Shown here: piece by piece, positions 52,937 to 61,352 of the stretch
Layout of the letters: each line of letters starts with the position of its first letter
Numbering within the stretch: position 1 is the first letter of the stretch
NCBI GenBank assembly: GCA_963751455.1
Contig: CAVVUN010000012.1
Coordinates: 480,001-544,000 of the forward strand
Origin: Nitrospirota bacterium
Lineage (GTDB): Bacteria; Nitrospirota; UBA9217
Direction: 5' to 3'
DNA length: 64,000 nt
Made by a program: the position numbers and the translations under genes
The notes under the pieces: model-generated
The model's input: the letters and a program-made list of their open reading frames with translations, nothing else
The model's database searches: none
Told to the model about the DNA's origin: nothing

Positions 52937-55516
52937 TTACAGGTCCTTGATCTGGTCCCAGTACTTGCGTGCTGATTCACGGGCTTCAACGAATGGTGCG
53001 TTCGCCTCCAGGTTCTTAGGGAAAAAATCGAAATATTCCCTCCACGCGAGATTGGCGCTGTTCAAAATCGAACTCTTTCTGGTGATGAGGTAGAGCTTGT
53101 GATATGCGAGCGCGGTATAATAATATGTGTCATGGATCGCCTCGTCGTATTGGACATTCGGGAAGAACCGGGTGTTCTGTTTCGCGGTCTGGAGGTTCTG
53201 AATCGCCCGGGCGAAGTTCTGGGCCGCGGAGTCCTTGTCGCTCTGCACCAGTTGATTGCCCTTTTCGTAGTAAGCGTGACCAAGGTTGGTGAAAGCAACC
53301 GCGTACTGTTTATAGACAAGCTGCTTGTTCTCGGGCAGCGACAGCACGTTCTCAAACTCCTGCGCGGCAGAGTCATAGTCATTGAGGTCGTCGAGATAAA
53401 TACGGGCCAGCCTGTGGTGGGCTTCTGCGTAGTCGGGGTGCCCCTTCTCCGCACTCTTGTATGCCTGCACGGCCGCGCCGGTATTCCCATCCTGGAGCGC
53501 CCGCTCGCCGAGCTTGAGGTAGTTCTTATAAAGAAGTATTTTCGCTCCGCCGGTGCGGTTTTCGACCGTCTTATCGAACTCCACGACTTCTTCCCAGTCG
53601 CGGTAGTCCCCGCCGTACGACACTTTTACCGTATGGAATCCCAGGTTCACCAGTTGCCCTTCGAGGATCGGCGTCTTCCCGATCTTATCTCCATCCAGGA
53701 ACACCCGGCAGATGATGGGTCCGATTCTATCTTAAACAATGCATTGTTGACGGCAGAGCACGAATTCTTTCGCGTCCTTATTTTTGTCGATCTTTACGTT
53801 TTGTATTACCTGCTGGTATCCGTGCCGGTAAAGAACGAGGTTGAAGTTTTTGCCGATGCGGACAGGCACCTCCGCTTTTCCATCCGCTGCCGTGCTGCCG
53901 CGCCACTCATCATTCACGTAAATATTCACGCCGGACAGCGGGGACAGATCCGGCGCCAACCCTCCCTTTGCCGAGAGAATGAAATAATTGCGGGCTGTTG
54001 CGTCATCTTCAAGGGAGAGTCGCCTGACCACACGGTCCCCGAGACTGATCTTTTCGCCCTTCTTAAGGTCCTCAACTTCCGTCCATGCCCCCGAGTCCTC
54101 TGATTTTTTGACTTTGAGTCTGCCCGACTCCCGGTACCCGGATATCTTGCCGCTCTCATCGCGTCGCGGAGCCATCAACACCAGTTCAGCGCCCCGGCTT
54201 ATCTTATAGCTCCGGCCGATGTTAACCCGGTATCGCTCCTCTTCGGACCCGATCACGGTGCCCTCGAAGGGAAAACGTTCAAGCACGCTGGAAGCTATTT
54301 CCTTCGCCGCCCTCGTAATATCCCCTTCACCCGGAGCCCGGGTGATCTGGCTCAGGATGAGCCTGCCTCCGGCCGCATAAAACTTGGTTTCGATCAACAG
54401 CCCCTTATCGTCTTTCGCCACGCTGCCGAGTATAATCATGTCCACGGTTCTGAACAGCGGAGTTTCGCGCCATCCCTTCACGATAATTATTTCTATACTC
54501 AGCTTCGCATGCTTGATCTCGGCCTGGAGAGTCTTCGTAGAAACCTCACGGAAGCAGGGATTTTTGAAAAGCTGGGCGGCAACCGAGGATTCCACCTTGC
54601 CGAGGACTTCTTTCATGTCCGCCTTCGGCGCGTTGCTGACGAACCGGTAGATGCCCGCTCGTATCGGCTTCGCGGTTGCCGGATAGAAATAGTGCTGGAC
54701 TGCCGCTTCCCCTTCAAGCACGACTGAGGTCTTCCAGACAGCGGGGACATGGCCGGGCGCTTCGAGCGTTATCTGTGCCTTCCTGCCGGGCTCGCCGTCA
54801 TACCTGTATATGAGAGCGCCCTTTGCGTCGGTCCTGCCGATCTGCTTGTTGTCCAGCCGCACGGACACACCCGCGATGCCGTTGGTCTGTCCATACTCCT
54901 CGGTAAGCGCGGCAACAACGATCGACACTTGTTTGGAAAGCGCTGCTGCAAGCCGCTGACCGGGTTCGACGTCCGCGGTCTTGCGCCATGGGGCGTAGCC
55001 CTGCTTCACAACGGTAAGCTCAAGACCGCCCTTCGGCGAATCCTTATAGTGATAAACAAATTCGCCCTGTGCATCGGTTTTTCCGGCTTCTTTACCTCCG
55101 GCCTTCACAACCGCTTCAGCCACCGGAGAGCCCTGGTCCGTTGCGACAATGGTAATATAGCGGAGGGCGGACAGCTCTGCATTTAAGGAATAGGTATCTA
55201 TGCTGCCCGACTTCGGCAGCTTCATCAGGAAAGTGCTTTTCCACGGTTTAATGCTGTACCCCGGCAGTTCCCGGGCAACCGTCACCTCGACGTCGGCGCC
55301 CGGCTTTTTCCTGATTATTTTCGTAAAGGCCCCGTTCGCGTCGGCGACACCCTCTTCTTTTCCGTCAACCAGGATCTTCGCCTCGGCCGCGGGCTTCCCG
55401 TCCATTCTGGCATTTACCCTGAGCTCAAGTTTTTCACCGCATCCGTACAGCAGCATCGACGCCGAAATTATAAAAACTAAACGTATAGCATGCTTTATCA
55501 TACAATGCCTCCTCAA
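52937..55516 (-). CDS. Large lipoprotein: beta-sandwich/PEGA repeats, CsgG/FlgT-like domain and C-terminal TPRs; one frameshift near 53740
   Basis: LLYGC lipobox; repeated V.DGK..G.TDA.G units; DMIILGSVAK...IETKF; FPFEGTVI..YRVNIG; PEGA VFLDGDKIGKTP; TPRs. Confidence 0.7.
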
Positions 55517-55582
55517 AGCGCTATAACAAAATAGAAGCGTATAATTAAATTAGAATAAAAAAAAACCAGACGCACTGCATCT

Positions 55583-56032
55583 TTACATCGTCGGCGGCTG
55601 AATATTGACCTCGCCGGGGTTCACGATTTTGTCTTCGTCAGACTTCGCCCCCTCGATGCTTTTTCGCCTACCCTCGGGTATTTTTTTGAGTTTAAAATCG
55701 ACTTTTTTGCCGCCATATTTCGTCACCTCAAGGGTTTGTGTATCGGTCATGTAGCCGATCCTGCTTGCTTCCACCTTATAGGTGCCCGGAATAATATAAT
55801 CCTTGGCCGATTCGTATTTTCCATCGACTTGGACCGTCACTGCCTGCGAGGCCCTCTCGAGGCTTGTCGTAATATTGATCATGTTGACCACAGTGCCCTG
55901 GGGGCTTTCCTTCGCGGGCGGGATCGGTTGCAGATTCGCATCCAGCAGTTGAACCGTTCCGTATATTTTCGGCGCGCATGCTTCCAGTGCAAACATCAGA
56001 ACAAACAGCAACAGAATTTTTTCTCGCTTCAT
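55583..56032 (-). CDS. Lipoprotein with a carboxypeptidase-regulatory-like beta-sandwich
   Basis: LEAC lipobox, IYGTV, PGTYKVEASRIGY...VDFKL. Confidence 0.72.
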   Translation of the reverse strand: MKREKILLLFVLMFALEACAPKIYGTVQLLDANLQPIPPAKESPQGTVVNMINITTSLERASQAVTVQVDGKYESAKDYIIPGTYKVEASRIGYMTDTQTLEVTKYGGKKVDFKLKKIPEGRRKSIEGAKSDEDKIVNPGEVNIQPPTM

Positions 56033-56093
56033 GACAATCCTCCCGGGCTTTATCATATTTGGCGGGTACGTGCCGCGCATTGGTCGCTTAAAC

Positions 56094-56133
56094 AAAAAGC
56101 CGCCAAAAAGAAACAATCTGTTCTTTGGCGGCT
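56094..56133 (-). terminator. Intrinsic terminator in the 5' leader of the operon
   Basis: AGCCGCCAAAGAA...TTTTTGGCGGCT followed by TTTTGTTT, about 60 nt upstream of the first ATG. Confidence 0.75.
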
Positions 56134-56164
56134 CGACTAGCATATAAACAGTAGAATCTCTTTC

Positions 56165-56246
56165 TGGTCGGATGAGATATCGGGTTACTGTTTTATTTAG
56201 CTTCGTGGCTCTGCGCCCCGCGGTTTCCCGCGGTTTGCTCTGAGCA
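56165..56246 (-). ncRNA. GEMM-I (c-di-GMP-I class) riboswitch-like aptamer, A20 variant, with a degenerate 3' arm
   Basis: GCUCAGAGCAAA-CCGCGG-GAAA-CCGCGG-GGCGCAGAGCCACG aligns with the GEMM-I 5' half. It sits between a promoter and a terminator. Confidence 0.62.
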
Positions 56247-56274
56247 AAGGGATATTATGTTGGTTGTGGAAATG

Positions 56275-56303
56275 ACTTTATCATGTCATGCAGGGGTTGT
56301 CAA
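56275..56303 (-). promoter_or_regulatory. sigma70 promoter of the riboswitch leader
   Basis: TTGACA-N17-TAAAGT with a TG extension. Confidence 0.7.
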
Positions 56304-56588
56304 GTGTGCAGGATAAATCACGAACCTGCTGATATCTCTGCATTTCCAACCGAAAAAAGGTATCCTTTGCGTCATCTTAAAATAACATTTGCCATCGACA
56401 ATTCGCAGCATTTGCGAGATTGTGAAGCTGTCTGTGCTGATTACCATCCGGGGCTTGTCGAGCGTACCCGGGGAAAATTGGATCGTTTTCAACCCCCTGA
56501 ATATTTATTGTATGAATACTTCGTAACAGCTGCGGAAAGATCTGTTTCTCTTTCCTGGAATTCCGACTTCAGTCACCAGCCTCAGGCA

Positions 56589-56804
56589 CTAGTGTAGTGT
56601 CTCACAAACGACTGGTGTTATCATAGCGCGGCAGTAGGCCGCAGCCAAACTTGTAGGGTAAGGCTTTAGCCTTGCTGAAAGCGCCGGGACAGCAGCAACC
56701 CTAAAGGGTCGCCCTACAAATTCATCAGCAAATATTTATGCGAAGATAAGTTTTCGATGAGAAATCATCATATAACACCGTCCATTTAAGAAACACTACA
56801 CTAG
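56589..56804. mobile_element. MITE-like element (copy 2, inverted relative to 9808-10021)
   Basis: CTAGTGTAGTGTCTC...GAAACACTACACTAG. The terminal CTAG supplies the TAG stop of the adjacent gene. Confidence 0.8.
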
Positions 56805-58168
56805 CCTGCGGGCAGGAAATCAATCGGGTACAGGATGGTCGTCCTGGGAACCTTCGCCTTCGGTCCGAAGTTGAACTTCTTGACACGCTCCACAATCTGC
56901 GCCACCAGCTGCGGCGAGGCGAGATCGTTCGACTGCACCGTACATGCCGAGACTTCGCCACCCGACTCGATGATGATGCGCAGTATAATCTTGCCGCGCA
57001 GGGTCGGCTTCTTGCGCAGTTCTGCATTGTAAATCCGGTAGAGCGTAGCCTTGTATCTATCGAAGACGATCTGTATCTCTTCGTCGGTTCGGGCCGGCCC
57101 GGGTCCGGAACCGACAGGCTTCGCCTTTTCCGCCAGCCCCGCAACCGTACTTTCTACCCTTGTAAAACCCACACCCCCGATCCGATTTCCATTGCCGCTC
57201 CCGACATTACGGCTCACGCCGGCATTGCTGATACCGCCGCTCGAGCCTGCCGTTGATTGCATGGCGAGTATCGATCGACCTGCACGAGCCTGACCTGCCG
57301 CCACTGTCGGCTCTTTACTCAGCCGCGCCTCGGCGCCGAGTCGCGCAGCGGGAGTTTCTTCCATCAGATCTTTAAACGTCTCTTTGAAGGCCAGGACCCC
57401 CGTGCTTTCCGCTTTTTTACGAGCAGCCTGTGTTTCTGCGGGTGTTGCTTTCGGTTTGTCTTCCTTAGCAGCTTTTTCCTGATCTTTCTTTTCTTCTTTT
57501 CGTTCAGGCGCCGGCTCAGGCTTGGGCGGCTCATTTCTCAGCATGGAGACCAGACGTTCCGGAATTACAGGCACGGCCGGGCGCACCGGCGCGGGCAGCT
57601 TCACCAGGGGAATCACAGCGCCGAAAACGAGATAGAACGATAAAACGACAATCAGAGCCTTGTGGAAGCGTTCTTCGCTCGCAGCCTCAAGCATCGGGCG
57701 ATCAGGGACCGGTGAAACCTCCCGCTCTATGACGTACTCTTCCTGGCGCCGTTCTTCACGGGCGTATACATCACGCAGTTCTTCGCGGAAGATGTTCAGT
57801 TCTGCTCCGCAAAGATTGATCTCCTCCCGGAGAGAAGCCTGTTTTTCCAGGACCCCGCTTATCGTCCGCTCAAAGCCGGCAATCCGTCTCCGGGTCCGTT
57901 CGACGTGTCCGGGGACATTCTGAGGCTCCGAGACTCCTGCCCAGAAGAGTTCCTCGGCTTTCAGTTCCCCCAGTTTGTCGAGCGCAGTGCAGACGTCCCG
58001 CAATGCATCGAACCGCTGTCTCTCGGCGGAAAAAGTCTCCAGCTCCACCTCTACAGCGCGCAACTCTTCTTCGAGCACCGCGCCTATTTGCCGGGCATGC
58101 TCGATCTGTGCGTTGAGGCCCGCCAATTCTTCTGCTAAGATGTCCTCTTCCAACAGAAATGTATCCAT
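56801..58168 (-). CDS. GltG/PglI-like protein: coiled coil, TM, Pro/Gly linker and AgmX/PglI (TonB-C-like) domain
   Basis: RTDEEIQIVFDRYKATLYRIYNAELRKKPTLRGKI...FNFG...ILYPIDF. Confidence 0.8.
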   Translation of the reverse strand: MDTFLLEEDILAEELAGLNAQIEHARQIGAVLEEELRAVEVELETFSAERQRFDALRDVCTALDKLGELKAEELFWAGVSEPQNVPGHVERTRRRIAGFERTISGVLEKQASLREEINLCGAELNIFREELRDVYAREERRQEEYVIEREVSPVPDRPMLEAASEERFHKALIVVLSFYLVFGAVIPLVKLPAPVRPAVPVIPERLVSMLRNEPPKPEPAPERKEEKKDQEKAAKEDKPKATPAETQAARKKAESTGVLAFKETFKDLMEETPAARLGAEARLSKEPTVAAGQARAGRSILAMQSTAGSSGGISNAGVSRNVGSGNGNRIGGVGFTRVESTVAGLAEKAKPVGSGPGPARTDEEIQIVFDRYKATLYRIYNAELRKKPTLRGKIILRIIIESGGEVSACTVQSNDLASPQLVAQIVERVKKFNFGPKAKVPRTTILYPIDFLPAG

Positions 58169-58178
58169 GGCAGCCCCA

Positions 58179-58673
58179 CTAGGTTTTTGCGGCCTTCTGA
58201 ATGACGGCAAGGGAAATCCTTCCGTATCCGGAGGCCGTGCAGGTTGACATTATTTTTTTAAGCACTTTGAACGGAATCGTTTTATCGGCAAGGAGCGTGA
58301 CTTCCCTGCTTTCGGCATCCGTCCTCGTGCCTGTCCCCATACTATTGCGTTCAAGTTGTGCCAGTCGGTTTTGTACTTCATAAACCAGCCCGATGCCGTC
58401 GTCGAGAAGCTGAGCGGTTGCAATCACAGCTTCGCCCTGGACCTGTACTGTTTCGGGGCTAACCACGATCGTCAGTGTTTCCCTCGGCCTGGTCTCGACG
58501 ATCGAATCGGGCAGCGCAATCTTCGCGTCCGGAAGATCTCCGTTGAATGAGTGGAAAAGCAGAAAGAACACCAGAACCGTAAGAACATCCATCATCGGTA
58601 TGAGGTTCAGGCCGAGACCGGTCAGCTTCGTGTTGTTGCGTTCCATCCGTTTTATACGTCTGCTGTCTCTCAT
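58179..58673 (-). CDS. ExbD/TolR-family protein (AglS-like)
   Basis: LNLIPMMDVLTVLVFFLL, ADKTIPF...MSTCTASGY. Confidence 0.88.
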   Translation of the reverse strand: MRDSRRIKRMERNNTKLTGLGLNLIPMMDVLTVLVFFLLFHSFNGDLPDAKIALPDSIVETRPRETLTIVVSPETVQVQGEAVIATAQLLDDGIGLVYEVQNRLAQLERNSMGTGTRTDAESREVTLLADKTIPFKVLKKIMSTCTASGYGRISLAVIQKAAKT

Positions 58674-59176
58674 GGCGCGTCTCCTATGGATATCTTCGGA
58701 AAGAGCGCTATTTTTTCGACCTCTGCGCTCCCTTCCGCCCTCACGACAGCTTCACGAACCGCATCCATGACCTGAATCAGGTTGTCGTATTCGATCTTCG
58801 GCTCCATCAAAACCGTCGCGTCTTCCTTCTCCGGATATTGGGCTTTGATGCGAACAAGCGCTTTGGTCAGCAGCTCGATATCGTATTTGCCGTCTTTCTT
58901 CGGAATAGAAGCTTCCACGGACGATCCGTTCGCAATCTGCAGCCCTGAGTCGCGAACGATCACCTCGATCGAGAAGTTCGGCTGGTTCACGCCGGCTTGG
59001 CCGGCGGCCGTCGGAACACTCAATTCCATGATCGTAATCCGCATAAAGACTGCAGTGATGAGCAGAAAGACCACCAGAACGGTAAGAATATCCATCATGG
59101 GTGTCAGGTTCAGAACGTGCATGATATCCGTATCGAATGATACTTCCTTTCCCCTTTTATGATATCGTCTGGTCAT
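58670..59176 (-). CDS. ExbD/TolR-family protein (AglQ-like)
   Basis: LNLTPMMDILTVLVVFLL, IEYDNLIQVMDAVR, LFPKIS. Confidence 0.88.
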   Translation of the reverse strand: MTRRYHKRGKEVSFDTDIMHVLNLTPMMDILTVLVVFLLITAVFMRITIMELSVPTAAGQAGVNQPNFSIEVIVRDSGLQIANGSSVEASIPKKDGKYDIELLTKALVRIKAQYPEKEDATVLMEPKIEYDNLIQVMDAVREAVVRAEGSAEVEKIALFPKISIGDAP

Positions 59177-59855
59177 GGACAGCTCCTGTCAAAGCCGCAT
59201 CTGTTAAAATGGGAGATCTTTCGAATTGGCGCTTGGTAAAATTGGAGATGGTATTGAGCGCTTTTACTGATGCCATCTCCAGGCTGTTCACGATCTTCCC
59301 CGTGGTCGTGGTGAGCTTGGCATGGAGCAGGAGAAGCGGGATCGCCGACATAAGACCGAAGGCAGTGCAGTTCATGGCCTCCGAAATGCTGGCCGCAAGC
59401 AGGGCGGCCTTCTCGGCGGGGCCCGCGGTGGCGACCGCAGTGAAGGCCTGGATAAGACCCATGATGGTGCCGAGCAGTCCGAACAGCGTGGCGATATTCG
59501 AGAGCAGCGCCAGGTACTGCGTGCGCTTTTCCAATTGAGGAATTATCTCCATCAGGCTCTCTTCCATGGCGATTTCTATATCTTCCCGCCGCCTGACCGC
59601 GCCCTGGCGCGCCAGTCCCATCTCCAGCATTTGCGCCATACTGGATTTGTCCTTGTTGGTAATTTCCCGGGCTTTCTCGAACTCTCCCTTGGCCAGCGCC
59701 GGATACAGCAACTTCCAGGTTTTTTGATTTGCGTCCCGAACGCGCTTTAAATGAACCCAGCGTTCAAACGCGATGGCCAGACCGACCGAAAGCACGAGTA
59801 GAATAGGGTACATGAAGAACCCACCCATCTGGAAAAACCTCACTATTGTATGCAT
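59157..59855 (-). CDS. MotA/TolQ/ExbB proton-channel protein (AglR-like)
   Basis: GGFFMYPI, ATLFGLLGTIMGLI, ISEAMNCTAFGL. Confidence 0.92.
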   Translation of the reverse strand: MHTIVRFFQMGGFFMYPILLVLSVGLAIAFERWVHLKRVRDANQKTWKLLYPALAKGEFEKAREITNKDKSSMAQMLEMGLARQGAVRRREDIEIAMEESLMEIIPQLEKRTQYLALLSNIATLFGLLGTIMGLIQAFTAVATAGPAEKAALLAASISEAMNCTAFGLMSAIPLLLLHAKLTTTTGKIVNSLEMASVKALNTISNFTKRQFERSPILTDAALTGAVHDQTIS

Positions 59856-59957
59856 CTTTGTTTCCTCCTTTTTTGTTTATGAGTACGAATTATTTCGTAA
59901 CTACTCAGGTGCGTATTCCCATGTTGCCGCCCTGCTGGATTTGAATCTTTTTTTGAT

Positions 59958-60032
59958 GTCATTCCGGCTTGTCCGGAATCGTATAAAGCAAACAATTGAA
60001 AACAACGACGATTCCCGACAAGCGGGAATGAC
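59958..60032. repeat. GTCATTCC...GGAATGAC REP-like element
   Basis: GTCATTCCGGCTTGTCCGGAATC ... GATTCCCGACAAGCGGGAATGAC. Confidence 0.7.
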
Positions 60033-60057
60033 ACCTAACAGGTAGTGAGCAGTTACA

Positions 60058-60333
60058 TCATTTCTTGGTGCTGATTTCAAAAAAATCCAATTGCCGCATA
60101 AACACATCTCGATCCACTGGCATGGCATTTTCGGTTAACATCATGCTCAAACTTGTCTCCACACCGATTTCAGAGCTTTTCCAGGGTACAATATACAGGG
60201 CTTTCGGGGCTTCATCGTTACCGACGATTGACATGCCCGAAAGTTCTTTGGCTTCGTGGCCCTTGTCCCCGGCCATGGCCGCGCCAACCGGCGCCAGAAG
60301 CACAAGCACCCAAAGCAATAGATTTCGATACAT
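60058..60333 (-). CDS. Small exported protein (GltF-like by position)
   Basis: Signal peptide, LSGMSIVGNDEAPKALYIVPWK. Lies between the TPR genes and exbB. Confidence 0.65.
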   Translation of the reverse strand: MYRNLLLWVLVLLAPVGAAMAGDKGHEAKELSGMSIVGNDEAPKALYIVPWKSSEIGVETSLSMMLTENAMPVDRDVFMRQLDFFEISTKK

Positions 60334-60357
60334 ATTCTCTCCTTTCTTCAAACCTTT

Positions 60358-60512
60358 TGCCACGGATGAACACCGATAAAAATCTCTCTGCCGCAAATTA
60401 GCGCGAATTGACGCGAATAAAAGCATGATAAAGTTTTTTATTAAATCTCATTCGCGATCATTAGCGTTCATTCGCGGCTAACCGATCTCTTTTCTCCTGC
60501 GTTCTCTGTGAC
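60358..60512. repeat. Nested intergenic palindromes (CACGGAT and CGCGAAT families)
   Basis: GCCACGGATGAACAC...; GCCGCAAATTAGCGCGAATTGACGCGAAT...ATTCGCGATCATTAGCGTTCATTCGCGGC. Confidence 0.6.
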
Positions 60513-61312
60513 TAATTTTTTCCCATTCGCATGCGCAGCTCGGCAATCCAGATTTTGACCTGCGCGTCCGCGGGCATCCCCTCGCTGTAAATCTCGAATT
60601 GTTTGAGCGCGCATTCCGGGTCATTGAGATACAGATCACAGAGGATCCCGAGATTTCTGCGGACGGGAAGATAGTCAGGAAAAACCGCAAGCGCCTTCTC
60701 ATAGATCTCCCGGGCCTCCTTAAAACGGCCCCCCTTGCGAAGCAGCAATCCATACTCATTACTGGCCACCGGGTGATTAGGAACCATTCCAAGAGCGGTT
60801 TTGAGGTGCTGCTCCGCCGGCTCGAACTTGCCGGTCCGCATGTAGGCCACCGCAATATTGATATAAGGCGCCGTGACTCCCGGTGAGCGCTCGATCACCT
60901 TTGCCAGAAGTTCGATGGCCTTGTCATTTTTTCCGTCGTTCATCATGGCGACAGCGCGCTCGAATTCTTCGCGCGACTCCGCATCCATGCTCGGGTTTTC
61001 CCTGATGACGAACCCTTGTCGCCCATCCTGGAGTTGTGCCACGGATGGCCCTTGACCTGTAAGGGGCTGGTTGGGGCTGGTGACGCACCCGGAAAAAAGC
61101 GCGAGTACGAACCCAAGACCAAAGACAAAAGCAGTTTTCGCGCAAAGACGCCAAGTCGCAAAGAAAGACAAAACATTTTTGATTTTAAAGACAAGCTCAA
61201 GATTTAATCTTTTCTTTGCGCCTTTGCGGCTCTCGTGCCCGCGTTTTCGAGCACTCGATGCGAGAGCAGGGTATTGCGCGAGACCGCCTTTGATTTTGAC
61301 TTCATGTTTCAT
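60512..61312 (-). CDS. TPR lipoprotein (GltE-like)
   Basis: AAGGAGG RBS, LFSGC lipobox, TPRs, NLGILCDLYL, VKIWIAEL. Confidence 0.8.
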   Translation of the reverse strand: MKHEVKIKGGLAQYPALASSARKRGHESRKGAKKRLNLELVFKIKNVLSFFATWRLCAKTAFVFGLGFVLALFSGCVTSPNQPLTGQGPSVAQLQDGRQGFVIRENPSMDAESREEFERAVAMMNDGKNDKAIELLAKVIERSPGVTAPYINIAVAYMRTGKFEPAEQHLKTALGMVPNHPVASNEYGLLLRKGGRFKEAREIYEKALAVFPDYLPVRRNLGILCDLYLNDPECALKQFEIYSEGMPADAQVKIWIAELRMRMGKN

Positions 61313-61352
61313 CGATCTGAGGCCTCCTTCTTAAACCTATTCGACCGCCGCA

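Noticed and set aside
56283-56597. 104-aa plus-strand ORF next to the riboswitch promoter
   Set aside because: No RBS or motif, overlaps the promoter and ends in the MITE terminus; probably non-coding.
61317-61327. 10-nt match (GAGGCCTCAG) to the CRISPR repeat near an RBS
   Set aside because: Too short and lacks the repeat hairpin; a chance match. No mini-array, tracr-like or CreA-like repeat copy was seen around the cas genes.
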